A stretch of DNA of 64,000 bases, from contig CAYTSA010000008.1 in assembly GCA_964440345.1 (NCBI GenBank), forward strand, positions 1,830-65,829. The letters run 5' to 3'. The notes under the pieces are model-generated. The model ran no database searches. It was not told the DNA's origin and saw only the letters and a program-made list of their open reading frames with translations. The translations under genes and the position numbers were made by a program. The first letter of the stretch is position 1; every line of letters begins with the position of its first letter. The stretch comes from an uncultured Desulfovibrionaceae bacterium (GTDB lineage Bacteria; Desulfobacterota; Desulfovibrionia; Desulfovibrionales; Desulfovibrionaceae). Of this stretch, positions 52,698 to 63,241 are shown one piece after another.

Positions 52698-52850
52698 GCA
52701 GCGTGTTGAAAAATCCTTATTCGCAGGCTGGTTAAAAAAAATACGAGGATAAGGCGCAAAAAAGTTCAAAATCGACGTGTAGATGTAATACACGAGAGTT
52801 TGAACTTATTGAAGCAACGCAGCCATAGCGGTTTTTTCAACAGTCGGTTA
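52698..52850 (-). repeat. Repeat family C copy 2 (inverted relative to copy 1)
   Basis: The reverse complement aligns end to end with 9551-9700. It directly abuts family B copy 2. Confidence 0.8.
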
Positions 52851-52958
52851 GCGCATTTTCGCGCTGAGACAACGCTCGCTCCTGGTGCAATGTACACGCG
52901 TTTCAGGCAACTTCATAAGCGCATCTACCTATTTACAATGTTAGAGCGCTCTAAATAG
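52851..52958 (+). repeat. Repeat family B copy 2
   Basis: Aligns with 40929-41035. The second hairpin shows compensatory changes (agagcat/atgctct in copy 1 versus agcgc/gcgct here). Confidence 0.75.
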
Positions 52959-53120
52959 CAGCCAGGAAGGTTTCGTTGTTTACATCATTGCAACGGGAGC
53001 AGACAGCAATTCTCTGTCTGCTCCCTCACAGGCAGTATTGCGAAGTTAAAGCAGGGGTCTTTGTCAGCGTGTTGCTTAACGGTATGAAGCACCGCCGCAC
53101 AAGAGCCATACCAGTGGCGT

Positions 53121-53561
53121 CTATGACTTCTTGCCTCGCTTTTCCCAGAGCTTCATTTCCTTCATTTTCTTGCGGCGCTCCCGCTGCAGGGACTTGCAGA
53201 CCAACGCAGAACCCTTTTTGTAGCCCCACTTGGACCGATACTCTTCTGGAGTAATATTGTGGGTGGCAAGATGCTTGCGAGTGAGCACCTTGAATGATTT
53301 GCCGCACTCCAGACAGGTGATGGACTTCTCCTTGATGGCCTTCTTGGGGTCCATAGCAGGCGTCTGGTTTTCTTCTGAGGAGACACTTCCTTCAGCAATG
53401 TTGCGAATCTCATCTGAAAGTTTTTTTACCATGAGGGCAATTTCTTCTTCTGCCATGGTGCGCACACTTGCCTGAGCCTTGACGATTTCAAGCGCTTCCT
53501 TCAAATAGTCGTCCATTAATTTTTCCTCCGAGAGTCCCTTCTGCGTTGCCGCCTTCGCCAC
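53121..53561 (-). CDS. MucR/Ros family zinc-finger transcriptional regulator
   Basis: 146 aa. ITCLECGKSFKVLTRKHLATHNITPEEYRSKWGY matches the Ros/MucR zinc-finger core (CLECGxxxKxLxRHLxxxHxxTPxEYRxKWG). Confidence 0.9.
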   Translation of the reverse strand: MAKAATQKGLSEEKLMDDYLKEALEIVKAQASVRTMAEEEIALMVKKLSDEIRNIAEGSVSSEENQTPAMDPKKAIKEKSITCLECGKSFKVLTRKHLATHNITPEEYRSKWGYKKGSALVCKSLQRERRKKMKEMKLWEKRGKKS

Positions 53562-54037
53562 TACACGTAACTATAACATTTCCATAAAGACAGCTACGCA
53601 ATACTGAATGAGAGACAACGCGTCAATGCATTTATTCTATAATTTTTTAAAAAAAGAACTTGCCTCAGCATTCTTCATGCTATGGAGATACTACAGCAGC
53701 TATCTGTGTAGCATCAATTCTAGAGTAAATCTAGAAGCCATATACTTCCAATTAGCACCTGTGAAGCAACGCCATATGCAATGCTTGCTTGGACTAGGCT
53801 TAAGCACTACATCGCCGTACCTTAGACGCAGCAGAAAATTTGCGCTGCAGCGTTGCACAAGAAAAGCGCCGCAGCTGGCTCAGTCTGCTGAACACGGGAA
53901 AGTCAACTTTTTGACAACCCAGCCGCCAGCACCAGCATCGACACACAACATGTTAGAATAAAATAATAATTTTACTGGCAGACTTTTTGCTTATGTTCCT
54001 GTGCATTTTGACAACTAACGCAACAGAGGAGTGAACC

Positions 54038-54421
54038 ATGCTTTTCCTGCTCAGCAAAGACGAGAAGAAACACAAGCAACATAGTGCAGCAAACAACGAA
54101 GAGATGGACCGAGTCAAGGAGCTGTTCAGCACGGGGAAATTTCCCGTAGTGACCACAGACGGTATTACAGACCGGGAAATTGACAAAGTCCTCGGGCTGG
54201 TCGCCTGCCGGGGCTATGACTCTGAAGAAGCTTTTTTCGGCATGACCAACCGTGCAGTCAACAAGGGCGCACAGGCCATCATCGGCTACCAGGAAAATGT
54301 CGCTTTTCATCCAGACGGGTCGAAATATTTTTCTTGTTACGGAACCGCTGTGCAGCTGGCCAAGCGGTCCAAGGCCCTGCCGCCGCCCAAGAGCGCGCAG
54401 TCGGTCAACGCCAGGGCGTAA
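54038..54421 (+). CDS. YbjQ/UPF0145-like (heavy-metal-binding domain family) protein
   Basis: 127 aa. FPVVTTDGI..IDKVLGLVACRG and C-terminal CYGTAVQL resemble the YbjQ family pattern. The assignment is tentative. Confidence 0.45.
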   Translation: MLFLLSKDEKKHKQHSAANNEEMDRVKELFSTGKFPVVTTDGITDREIDKVLGLVACRGYDSEEAFFGMTNRAVNKGAQAIIGYQENVAFHPDGSKYFSCYGTAVQLAKRSKALPPPKSAQSVNARA

Positions 54422-54585
54422 GGGCCGGCACAAAAAAGCCGGCAGATCAAAAGCTGCGCCGGCCCCTGGGGAGGGGAGTACCGACGCAGCTTTTTTTTCT
54501 TGCCAAAATTTCCAGCCAGTTTCGGAAAAAAGCAGTCCTATAAAAAAATCACTCTCGCCGCCCTGCCGCGGAGACGGCCGGGGGG

Positions 54586-56520
54586 CTATTCCTCCTTAAA
54601 GCGTTTGCGAATAGCGAGAATGACGTCATATATCTGAAAAAAGGCTTCGACCACGCTGGGATCAAAGTGTTTGCCTGATTCTTCTTTAATGATACTGAGC
54701 ACCTTTTCGTCCGGCCAGGGGTCCTTGTAGGTCCGCCGGGAGCAGAGCGCGTCAAAAACGTCTGCCAAGGCGACAATGCGCGCAGCGAGGGGAATCTCCT
54801 CGCCTTTCATGGGCGTGTCCATGGGGTAGGAATCAGCCATGATGTCGTCCACCACGCCGGGGTATCCTCCGCCGCTCCATCGTTCGTGATGGTGCATGGC
54901 GATGTCGTAGCACATATTGTCCAAGGCGGAGGATGAATCGTGAAATAATCGGCCGCCATAGATGGTATGCCACTTCATGGTTCTGAATTCGTCTTCGTCG
55001 AGCTTGGCCGGTTTTTTCAATATTGCGTCAGCAATGCCCACCTTGCCCACGTCGTGGAGCATGGAGGCCAGGCGCAACAAGTCCCGCTCGCGGCGGATTT
55101 CTGCAGAGGGGACGCCCCGGTTCTTGGCCCAGCGCTGGTATATCTCCCCCGAGTAGCCGCCCACCCTCTGCACGTGGGCGCCGGTTTCCTTCGGGTCGCG
55201 CAGCTCGGCCAGCTTCATCATGCGCAATACCCGGTCCCGGGTCATAATCCCTCGCTCCAACGCGACCGCAGCATTGCCAGCAAAAAGCGGAGCGTATGTC
55301 TTGCTCTCCTTGGCAAAAGGCACGTGCTCGCCGTGCTCGCCTTTGGCGTTGAGAATCTGCATGACGCCGATGAGCCGGTTTTGCTGCGTCTTCATGGGTA
55401 TCGTCAGAATTGACGTGGTCTTGTAGCCGGACTGTTTGTCATACGAGGAGTTGAACGAGTAAGGCAGTTCCGGAGGCAGGTTGTACGCGTCGTCAATAAC
55501 AACAGTTTCCCCCGTAAGTGCGGCGTAGCCCACAATTGAACTTTCGCTGATGGGTACGGAAAAACTTTTATACGTCGCCTGCTGGGCCATGGAGCCGGTG
55601 AACAAGGTATCGTTGTGTACATAGCTAAAGGTCAGCTTATCGCCGTCAACAAGAAAAATAGAACCCGCGTCTGCATGTGCTATCCGCCTGGCTTCGTACA
55701 ATATCTTGTCTAAAATTGTATCCACGTCGTTGAAGTGGTTCACTTCTTCTATAGTGCGCAAAATGTTGGACAGTTTTTCATACTGGTAGGAGCTTTGCAC
55801 TGGCGGACCGACATAGGAGGCAATCATGCCCAGCATTGCCAAATCCTCTTCACCATAGCGTTCCGCTTCAACAGAAAAACAGGCAATAACGCCCAAGGGC
55901 TGCTCGTTCACCTTGAACGGAGCGTACATGACAGACAGTATCTCCCCGCAGCCCATGGACAACAATTCCTGGTATTCGCCCTCCACAGCATCGCGGCAAA
56001 AGCTGACGCCGGGTTCTTTCATGGAGTCTCGAAGCCACAGGTCCACATGAGGCGGCGCTGTTTCGCTGGTATTTGCCAGTAAATCAAAGGTTTGTTCATT
56101 ATCGTTGCGCAAGTATATGGCCGCGATTTCAGAGGCGAACTTTTTTTCAACCTCTTCAAGAATGAGCATGGCCACTTCGTCCAGCTCCATGGTCGCGGCC
56201 AACCTTTCCGACAAGCCGTGCAGCATGGCTATTTCGCAACTCTTGTCGTTGGCCATTGCCGCCAGCGCTACTTTTTCCGCCTCCCGCTTTATGAGGATTG
56301 ACAGCACCATGGCCAGCGTAGCGGCCTCTTTATCCCCCAGCACTACAGCTGCGCGCCTCCCGTCGAGAAGCACCTCATGCTCATGAACGCTTGCCGGTTC
56401 TCCGCCAGCAATGTACTCGCCTTCTGCGCCGAGCAGCCGCACCTTGTTTTCCCCCATGTATCCGACCAGTTCATGAATTTCTTGCCGCCGGAAAAAATCT
56501 TGAATCAAGGAAGATTCCAT
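54586..56520 (-). CDS. GAF-domain HD-GYP phosphodiesterase
   Basis: 644 aa from ATG 56520, with GAGGA 5 nt upstream. Two GAF-like regions. HD motif HDVGKVGI and HHERWSGGGYPG. The track's extra 18 N-terminal codons lie inside repeat B3. Confidence 0.85.
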   Translation of the reverse strand: MESSLIQDFFRRQEIHELVGYMGENKVRLLGAEGEYIAGGEPASVHEHEVLLDGRRAAVVLGDKEAATLAMVLSILIKREAEKVALAAMANDKSCEIAMLHGLSERLAATMELDEVAMLILEEVEKKFASEIAAIYLRNDNEQTFDLLANTSETAPPHVDLWLRDSMKEPGVSFCRDAVEGEYQELLSMGCGEILSVMYAPFKVNEQPLGVIACFSVEAERYGEEDLAMLGMIASYVGPPVQSSYQYEKLSNILRTIEEVNHFNDVDTILDKILYEARRIAHADAGSIFLVDGDKLTFSYVHNDTLFTGSMAQQATYKSFSVPISESSIVGYAALTGETVVIDDAYNLPPELPYSFNSSYDKQSGYKTTSILTIPMKTQQNRLIGVMQILNAKGEHGEHVPFAKESKTYAPLFAGNAAVALERGIMTRDRVLRMMKLAELRDPKETGAHVQRVGGYSGEIYQRWAKNRGVPSAEIRRERDLLRLASMLHDVGKVGIADAILKKPAKLDEDEFRTMKWHTIYGGRLFHDSSSALDNMCYDIAMHHHERWSGGGYPGVVDDIMADSYPMDTPMKGEEIPLAARIVALADVFDALCSRRTYKDPWPDEKVLSIIKEESGKHFDPSVVEAFFQIYDVILAIRKRFKEE

Positions 56521-56533
56521 GCAGTTCCTCGCT

Positions 56534-56606
56534 AGCACATTTTCGCGTTGAGACAGCGCTCGCTCCTGAAGCAATGTACAAATGTTTCAGGAACATGCTC
56601 TAATGT
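56534..56606 (+). repeat. Repeat family B copy 3 (short form)
   Basis: agcacattttcgcgttgagacagcgctcgctcctgaagcaatgtacaaatgtttcagga|acatgctctaatg. It lacks the segment carrying the second hairpin's 5' arm. Fills the folD / HD-GYP intergenic gap. Confidence 0.7.
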
Positions 56607-56610
56607 TTGA

Positions 56611-57474
56611 TTACTCGGCGCCTGTCCGTTTGCAAAACGCTCTCACTGTATTCTCCAACAGCATGGCGATGGTCATGGGACCCACGCCGCCCGGAACCGG
56701 CGTCATGGCGGACGCCACATCCTCCAAGCCGGCAAAATCGCAATCGCCAACTAAACCATGCTCTGTACGGTTCATGCCCACATCCACTACCACGGCCCCA
56801 GGCTTGACCATGTCCCGGGTCACAAGTTTTGGCTTGCCCACTGCAGCGAACACAAAATCCGCCTTGCGGCAATGGGCCGCCAGGTCTGGCGTGCGGGAAT
56901 GACACAACGTCACTGTGGCGTGGCCCATGGGGTGATATCCCGAAAGCATGACCGCCAGGGGCCGGCCCACTATGTTGCTGCGGCCGATGACCACAGCCTC
57001 CTTGCCGGCCGGCTTCAAGCCGTACCGCTCCAACAACAGCATAACCCCGGCCGGGGTGCAAGGCGCCAGCCCGTCCAGGCCCAGGACCAGCCGGCCCATA
57101 TTCATGGGGTGAAATCCATCCACGTCCTTGTCCGGATCAATTCGTTCCAGGCAGACCCGGCTGTCCACATGCTGGGGGACGGGCAACTGGAGCAAGACGC
57201 CGTCCACCTCCGGCCGGGCGTTCAATTCGTCTATCCGGCGGAGCAGCTCCTCCTGAGAGGTTTCTTCGGGCAGCCTGACTGTTTCTGAGAAAATGCCCGC
57301 CTCAGCACAGGCTTTCTCCTTGTTGCGCACGTATATCTGCGACGCAGGGTCTTCGCCCACAAGCATCACAGCCAACCCGGGCCGGCGGTCCGTTGCAACC
57401 TGCAGGGAGTCCACCTTGTCCTTCAATTCAGCCCGCAGCGCTTGCGCTGTGGCCTTGCCGTCCAAAAGCATCAT
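56611..57474 (-). CDS. folD: Bifunctional methylenetetrahydrofolate dehydrogenase / methenyl-THF cyclohydrolase
   Basis: 287 aa from ATG 57474 ([14 protein letters not shown]). Motifs [30 protein letters not shown] and [14 protein letters not shown]. Confidence 0.95.
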   Translation of the reverse strand: MMLLDGKATAQALRAELKDKVDSLQVATDRRPGLAVMLVGEDPASQIYVRNKEKACAEAGIFSETVRLPEETSQEELLRRIDELNARPEVDGVLLQLPVPQHVDSRVCLERIDPDKDVDGFHPMNMGRLVLGLDGLAPCTPAGVMLLLERYGLKPAGKEAVVIGRSNIVGRPLAVMLSGYHPMGHATVTLCHSRTPDLAAHCRKADFVFAAVGKPKLVTRDMVKPGAVVVDVGMNRTEHGLVGDCDFAGLEDVASAMTPVPGGVGPMTIAMLLENTVRAFCKRTGAE

Positions 57475-57581
57475 GCAGCCATACTCCAATCACCCCGAAA
57501 AATCGCACCATTATACGGGATTGTCATGTACGTTTTGTGTTCCATATCCTACTGTTGGAAAAGTGACCACTATCAATATAA

Positions 57582-59702
57582 TCACAAGCCGGCGATTCTG
57601 TCGCGGACCAGCTCTGGAATGGACGCCAGGTCCTCGCAGACCACCACGCCGGCGTCAGCAAGAGCCTGCAGCTTAGAGTCCGCCGTGCCCGAGGCTTCGT
57701 CCAGAATGGCCCCGGCGTGGCCCAAGCGCTTGCCCTCCGGCGCCGTGCGGCCGGCAATAAACGCAAACATGGGCTTGTCAAAACGGGTTCTGATCACATA
57801 CTCAGCCAGCCTCTCTTCCTTGTCGCCGCCAATTTCTCCGAGAATGAGCACGCCCTTGGTGTCTGCGTCATTGCGCACTGTTTCTATGAGCGTGGCCAAG
57901 CCGGCCCCTACAAAAGGATCACCGCCCACGCCGGCGCATACAGACTGACCAATGCCCGCCGCCGTAAGCCTGGCTGCTGTTTCGTAGGTCAACGTGCCGC
58001 TACGGGAAAAGACCGCGATGGGCCCAGGAGCGTAGGCCTGCTCAGGCATGATGCCAAGCTTGAAACGCCCCGGGATGATGAGCCCGGGGGTATTGGGACC
58101 AATGAGGGTGGTCTGCAGTCCAGCCAGTTTTTCCCGCACAGCCAGCATGTGCGCCTGGGGCACGCCTTCGGTAATGCAGACAACGAGAGGAACCCGGGCC
58201 TCTGCTGCTTCCAGAATGGCGTCCGCTGCATAAGGACCGGGCACAAAAATAATGCTTGCGTCAATACGGTGGTTTCGGGCGGCCATGCGCACGCTGTCAT
58301 AAACAGGCGCGCCCAGAACCGTCTCGCCTCCTTTAAAAGGAGTCACCCCAGCCGCGATGTTGACGCCATATTGCTGCATGCGTTCTGTATGCAGCCGGGC
58401 GGCCTTGCCTGTAATTCCTTGCACGAGCACGTTGCTCTCCGGCCCCAGCGACAGCAAAGGAAAGCATGACGCGTCTGGCTCCGCCGGGGAAAAGTCTAGC
58501 CTTTTTCCGCTGGCAACGATGCACAAAGCCGGGGTCTGCTCCGCCGGCTCCACCCCCAGTTGTTTGGCTATCCTGCGCAGCATCTCCATGGCCTGGGCCA
58601 TGGACCGGGCCACGTGCACGTCTGGCTGCTCCAGGGCCGCCAGCAGCTCCCGTGCTTCATATTCGCCTGTGCCGGACATGCGGGCGACCAGGGGTTTAGG
58701 CGGCGCCCCATCCGGGTATTCCTGCAAGGCCTGCTTAATGGCCCGGGCCACAGTGGCGCAGGAGACAATGCCCCCGAACAGATTGACGCAGACCGCCTTG
58801 ACTTTGGGATTCGTGAAAAGAATGTCCAGGGCCACGGCCATGCGCTCTGCGTCTGCGGCGCCTCCCAAGTCCATGAAATTGGCTGCAGCCAGACCGCTGC
58901 GGTTCAACTGGTCCATGGTGGCCATGGCCAGGCCAGCGCCGTTGCCCATCAAGCCCACCCAGCCGTCCAGGTCTACGAACTGCAGCCCGGCGTTACGGGC
59001 TTTGTTCTCCACCTCACTGGCGTGCTCAGGCTGGTAGTATTCGTCCAGGTCCACCCTGGAGTCGCGAACCATGTCGTCAATCTCCGCCTTACCGTCCAAG
59101 GCCAACCATTCTCCGCCGGCCAAGGCGACAAGAGGATTGATCTCAGCCAGCAACAACCCGTAATCATAAACAGCCTCGTACAGTGAAAACACGAGTTTTT
59201 GGAAAGAAGGCCAATACTCCCGGCCCAGTCCTGCGCTTGCAGAAAGGTTAAAAAACGCCGTGCGGACATGACGCGGCCGCAGTCCCTCCAAAGAGCTGAG
59301 GGGTTGGATACACATGCTCGCGCTAGACTGGGACTCCACGTCGACGCCGCCGGCTCCCACCGTAAGCACATAGGCTTCTGCCTTGCGGGAGACCGCGAAG
59401 GACATATAGAATTCGGTAATATACTGTACCGCCGGCTCCACCCGGACCAGCGGCGCGCGGTGGCCTTTGATGGTCAAGTCAAACAGCTTGCTGCAGACGT
59501 CTGCCAACTCTTCTTCTGTAGAAGCGGTAACCACTCCCCCCGCCTTGCCCCGTCCCCCGGCGAGCACCTGGGCCTTGCAGCACCAGGGAGCTGGGAACTC
59601 AGGCTTTTCGATCTTCTGGCCGGGCTGCACAAGCATCCCCGGCGGCACAGGGACGCCTTTTTGGGAAAACAAACGCTTAGATTGATGTTCATTCAACAAC
59701 AT
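57582..59702 (-). CDS. Fused SucC-like (ATP-grasp) / SucD-like (CoA-binding, phosphohistidine) CoA ligase
   Basis: 706 aa. N-terminus MLLNEHQSKRLFSQKGVPVP resembles the succinyl-CoA synthetase beta subunit. The C-terminal half resembles the alpha subunit (VLVQGITGKAARLHTE, SRSGTLTYE, active-site LGHAGAI). Confidence 0.8.
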   Translation of the reverse strand: MLLNEHQSKRLFSQKGVPVPPGMLVQPGQKIEKPEFPAPWCCKAQVLAGGRGKAGGVVTASTEEELADVCSKLFDLTIKGHRAPLVRVEPAVQYITEFYMSFAVSRKAEAYVLTVGAGGVDVESQSSASMCIQPLSSLEGLRPRHVRTAFFNLSASAGLGREYWPSFQKLVFSLYEAVYDYGLLLAEINPLVALAGGEWLALDGKAEIDDMVRDSRVDLDEYYQPEHASEVENKARNAGLQFVDLDGWVGLMGNGAGLAMATMDQLNRSGLAAANFMDLGGAADAERMAVALDILFTNPKVKAVCVNLFGGIVSCATVARAIKQALQEYPDGAPPKPLVARMSGTGEYEARELLAALEQPDVHVARSMAQAMEMLRRIAKQLGVEPAEQTPALCIVASGKRLDFSPAEPDASCFPLLSLGPESNVLVQGITGKAARLHTERMQQYGVNIAAGVTPFKGGETVLGAPVYDSVRMAARNHRIDASIIFVPGPYAADAILEAAEARVPLVVCITEGVPQAHMLAVREKLAGLQTTLIGPNTPGLIIPGRFKLGIMPEQAYAPGPIAVFSRSGTLTYETAARLTAAGIGQSVCAGVGGDPFVGAGLATLIETVRNDADTKGVLILGEIGGDKEERLAEYVIRTRFDKPMFAFIAGRTAPEGKRLGHAGAILDEASGTADSKLQALADAGVVVCEDLASIPELVRDRIAGL

Positions 59703-60001
59703 GGTTTTTTCTCTGCTCCTCTGGCAAGGATTTCATGTTCCTCTGCCCGCTCGGCGCGCGGCAAATGGACGCAACTGCAGGCGGATGTTTACCATTGAGG
59801 CTTTCTTGCTATCCAAAAACATGCATCATGTAGCACTGTAATGGGAAATGGACAATAAGTAGTAATCAGCATATCCCGCCATAGTTGTAACCAAACAGAC
59901 ACCTCAGTTACGCGTTTGTCGTGTTTTATTTTGACACCCGCCAGGCAAACGGATAATTTGGCTTCTGCTAGCGCCCACACAAGCGGCGCCGCGGGGGGCT
60001 G

Positions 60002-62563
60002 ATGGCCGGCAAATCATATAAAGCAGGAAGCAACGCAACTAAAGAAGACCTGCTGCTTGAAATTGCTTCTCTTCGCAACAAACTTGCAGAGATGGAACGG
60101 AGCAAAACCCGCCAGAAAGAGGTGGAGATATCTTTTTCGTATGTCTTCAGGGCGTTGCGGGTGTTGCGCGAATTCAAGCAGTTCTCTTTGCGCGCAGAAA
60201 GCGAGGCAGAGCTGAACGCGCTGGTCTGCCGCATTATTGTTGAGCAGGGCGGATACAGCATGGCCTGGGTTGGCTATTCCGAACCAGACGGCGCGATCAC
60301 GCCTGTAGCCAGCTGGGGCGACAGAAGCGGCTACCTGGACTCCATAACCGCCCGCTGGAGCGACGAACCTTTAGGCCACGGGCCTACAGGAACAGCCATC
60401 CGCACCCAAGAAACCCAGCTGGTGCGCAACCTTGCAGACGCCCCCGACTTTGCCCCATGGCTACAAAAGGCGAAGGAACGAGCCTATGTCGCGGTGTTGT
60501 CCTTGCCACTCATCATTGAAGGCGAATCCTTCGGCGCTTTGACCATCTATTCATCTGAGCCGGATACATTCAATAACGAAGAGCAGGCCATGCTCGCCGA
60601 CCTGGCGGTTGATCTTTCCTTCGGGGTTCGCCGGTTGCGTGAAATGGAGCGCATATCCCGCGAGCGCCAAGAATTCATTTCCATGTTCGACTCCATTCAG
60701 GAGGCTGTCTATGTCTCCGATCCTGTAACGTATGACATTCTTTACGCAAACAACGCCATGGTTTCACTTTTTGGCAATATTTTGGGCAAAAAATGCTATG
60801 AAAGCATCCAAGGCCGGCAGGAGCCTTGCTCGTTCTGTTCCAACCCCATCATTATGAAGCAAGCCCGCACGCCCCATGTGTGGGAATACTACAACTTACA
60901 AGTAGAGCGCTGGATTCGTTGTATCGACATGGCCATTGAGTGGCCCGACGGGCGCCTGGTCCGCTACGAGATGGCCCTGGACATCACTGATTTGCGGGAC
61001 GCCGAGGCAGACTTGCGTTCATTTCGCACTGCTTTGGACACGTCTGCAGACTCCATTTTGCTCATTGAAATGGAGACCATGCAGTTCAAGGATGTGAACG
61101 AAACCGCTAGTACAGCCCTGGGCTACACGCGGGATGAATTGCTGCAGATGGGGCTGCACGATATTACGCCGGATTTCTCCCGGCAAAACTTGGCTGAATT
61201 TTTTGACGAAATGCTGCGCAGCTACTCTGAAGTGCGCTTGTTGGAAAGCAGCTGGCAGCGCAGGGACGGCTCCACCTTTCCGGTGGAGATTGCTTTTCGG
61301 ATCATGACAGAGGGCGACGCCCCGCTTCTGGTGGCGACAGCGCGGGACATTTCCAAACGCATCAAGGACCGCAAGGAACTGGAAAGAGCGCTGGAACAGG
61401 CTGAAGCCGCCAACAAGGCCAAAAGCGAATTTTTGGCCACCATGAGCCATGAAATACGCACGCCCATGAACGGCGTCATCGGCATGACAGAACTTGCCCT
61501 GGATACAAAAATCGACGATGAGCAGCGCGACTACCTGGAGACTGTCCGCACATCCGCCCGGTCCTTACTTACGCTTATCAACGACATTCTGGATTTTACG
61601 CGCATTGACGCTGGCAAGCTGGAGCTGGAACAACAACCGTTCTCATTGCAGGGAACCGTGGATTCCGTCGTCAGCCTGATGCAGCGCAAAGCGATGAAAA
61701 AGAAACTGCTGCTGTCGGCAACCGTGGAGCCTGGAACGCCTGATGAATTTGTTGGCGACGCCAGCCGGCTGCGCCAGGTGCTCATCAACCTGATCAACAA
61801 CGCCATAAAATTCACGGAAACCGGGGAAGTGGCCCTGCACGTCTCCTGCGAACCAGACACCGGCTATATGGAGGAGAACACAGCCACGCTTCTCTTTGCC
61901 ATCCGCGACACCGGCGTCGGCATTGCCCCGGACAAAATTGATAATATCTTCGAACTGTTTACCCAAGCAGACAGCCAACTGGGACGTCAATACGAAGGAG
62001 CCGGCCTGGGACTGGCCATCTGCCGCAAGCTGGTCAAGCTGATGGGCGGCCGCATCTGGGCTGAGAGCGAACCCGGCAAGGGCAGTGTCTTCTCATTCAC
62101 CATCACCTTGCCTTTGCTGGAGGCGTATCCGGATGATTCATATGCCTTGCCAAACGCCCCGCAACAGCCTGCAGACGAGAAGCAGCCGTCCTTGCAGGTG
62201 CTGCTGGCTGAAGACAATCCGGTAAACCAACGGCTGGCGCGCATTCTGCTCGAAAAACTGGGACATTCTGTCCTGGTGGCGTCCAACGGCAGGGAAGCGC
62301 TGAAACTGCTCTGCGAGCATACCTGTGATCTGGCCCTCATGGATGTGGAAATGCCGGAGCTGGACGGGATCGAGACTACCCAGCGCATCCGCAACGGCGA
62401 ATGCTCTGAGAATAACTGCGGCATCCCTATCATCGCCATGACAGCCCATGTGCTGCCAAAGGAACGCGAACGCTGCATGAGCGCAGGCATGAACGGCTTT
62501 ATGTCCAAGCCCATTGACTTGGACAGTTTGCGCGCAGCCATAGACCAGACCATGGCGGCCTGA
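60002..62563 (+). CDS. Hybrid sensor histidine kinase (coiled coil-GAF-PAS-PAS-HisKA-HATPase-receiver)
   Basis: 853 aa. H-box [12 protein letters not shown]1 DTGVGI, G2 GAGLGLAI. The receiver domain has [10 protein letters not shown] and [11 protein letters not shown]. Confidence 0.9.
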   Translation: MAGKSYKAGSNATKEDLLLEIASLRNKLAEMERSKTRQKEVEISFSYVFRALRVLREFKQFSLRAESEAELNALVCRIIVEQGGYSMAWVGYSEPDGAITPVASWGDRSGYLDSITARWSDEPLGHGPTGTAIRTQETQLVRNLADAPDFAPWLQKAKERAYVAVLSLPLIIEGESFGALTIYSSEPDTFNNEEQAMLADLAVDLSFGVRRLREMERISRERQEFISMFDSIQEAVYVSDPVTYDILYANNAMVSLFGNILGKKCYESIQGRQEPCSFCSNPIIMKQARTPHVWEYYNLQVERWIRCIDMAIEWPDGRLVRYEMALDITDLRDAEADLRSFRTALDTSADSILLIEMETMQFKDVNETASTALGYTRDELLQMGLHDITPDFSRQNLAEFFDEMLRSYSEVRLLESSWQRRDGSTFPVEIAFRIMTEGDAPLLVATARDISKRIKDRKELERALEQAEAANKAKSEFLATMSHEIRTPMNGVIGMTELALDTKIDDEQRDYLETVRTSARSLLTLINDILDFTRIDAGKLELEQQPFSLQGTVDSVVSLMQRKAMKKKLLLSATVEPGTPDEFVGDASRLRQVLINLINNAIKFTETGEVALHVSCEPDTGYMEENTATLLFAIRDTGVGIAPDKIDNIFELFTQADSQLGRQYEGAGLGLAICRKLVKLMGGRIWAESEPGKGSVFSFTITLPLLEAYPDDSYALPNAPQQPADEKQPSLQVLLAEDNPVNQRLARILLEKLGHSVLVASNGREALKLLCEHTCDLALMDVEMPELDGIETTQRIRNGECSENNCGIPIIAMTAHVLPKERERCMSAGMNGFMSKPIDLDSLRAAIDQTMAA

Positions 62564-62587
62564 TGTCAGTCTGGAGCCAGGTTCTTG

Positions 62588-63241
62588 CTATATCCCCATA
62601 TTCTGGTTGATGAGAACCACGGCTATTCTGCCTTTTGGATAGGATTTCTCCGAAATAACCCAAACGTTGCATATCCTGTCCGGACTCTTGCAATCCTGGC
62701 ACTCAGACGTCTTGACGCACGGCGTTTTCTTGTCCAGCCGCATGGCGTTGACGGGAGAGGCGTAGTCCTTGATCCGGAGCATGGCGGTGTCCAGGTCCGG
62801 AACCAGCTTGTTGCGGCCAGCCAAGACAATGACGTGCTTGGGGCCAAAAGCCAGGGCTGCGACGCGGTTGCCGAACATGTCCAGGTTCACGAGCACGCCG
62901 GACTCAGTGAGCGCGTTGGTCCCGGTAAAAAAACAGTCAGCCAGCAAGGCTTTGCGCCGGCGTTCCAGCACTGCTTCGGGCCCGCCGTCTTTTACGTACG
63001 TGTCTATCACTTCCACATCGCTGCGCTGCGCCAAGGCGTCGTACAAACCTGCCGCCTTGAACGTGCCAGACCCACCCCAAGATATGGATTTTGGAGCCAT
63101 GGACGGCAGCAGATCATCCAGGACAACATCACGCGCAGCTTCAGCCGTTTCGGCCAGCCGTACTGTGAAATTATTTTTTTCAAGAGCTTCTTTGACGCTC
63201 TCCAACCGAAGCTTCCAATACTGTTCAGTAGGATCATCCAT
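62588..63241 (-). CDS. LUD-domain (LutC/YkgG-like lactate utilization family) protein
   Basis: 217 aa. Family-like blocks SWGGSGT, FFTGTNALTESGVLVN and VIVLAGRNKLV. C-terminal CxxxxxCxxC cysteines. Confidence 0.65.
   Translation of the reverse strand: MDDPTEQYWKLRLESVKEALEKNNFTVRLAETAEAARDVVLDDLLPSMAPKSISWGGSGTFKAAGLYDALAQRSDVEVIDTYVKDGGPEAVLERRRKALLADCFFTGTNALTESGVLVNLDMFGNRVAALAFGPKHVIVLAGRNKLVPDLDTAMLRIKDYASPVNAMRLDKKTPCVKTSECQDCKSPDRICNVWVISEKSYPKGRIAVVLINQNMGI

Noticed and set aside
53608-53961. 117-aa ORF in the AT-rich region upstream of the MucR-family gene
   Set aside because: It has no Shine-Dalgarno sequence. Its composition and codon usage are unlike every confident gene in the window, and no motif was recognised. 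It is more likely promoter or regulatory DNA.
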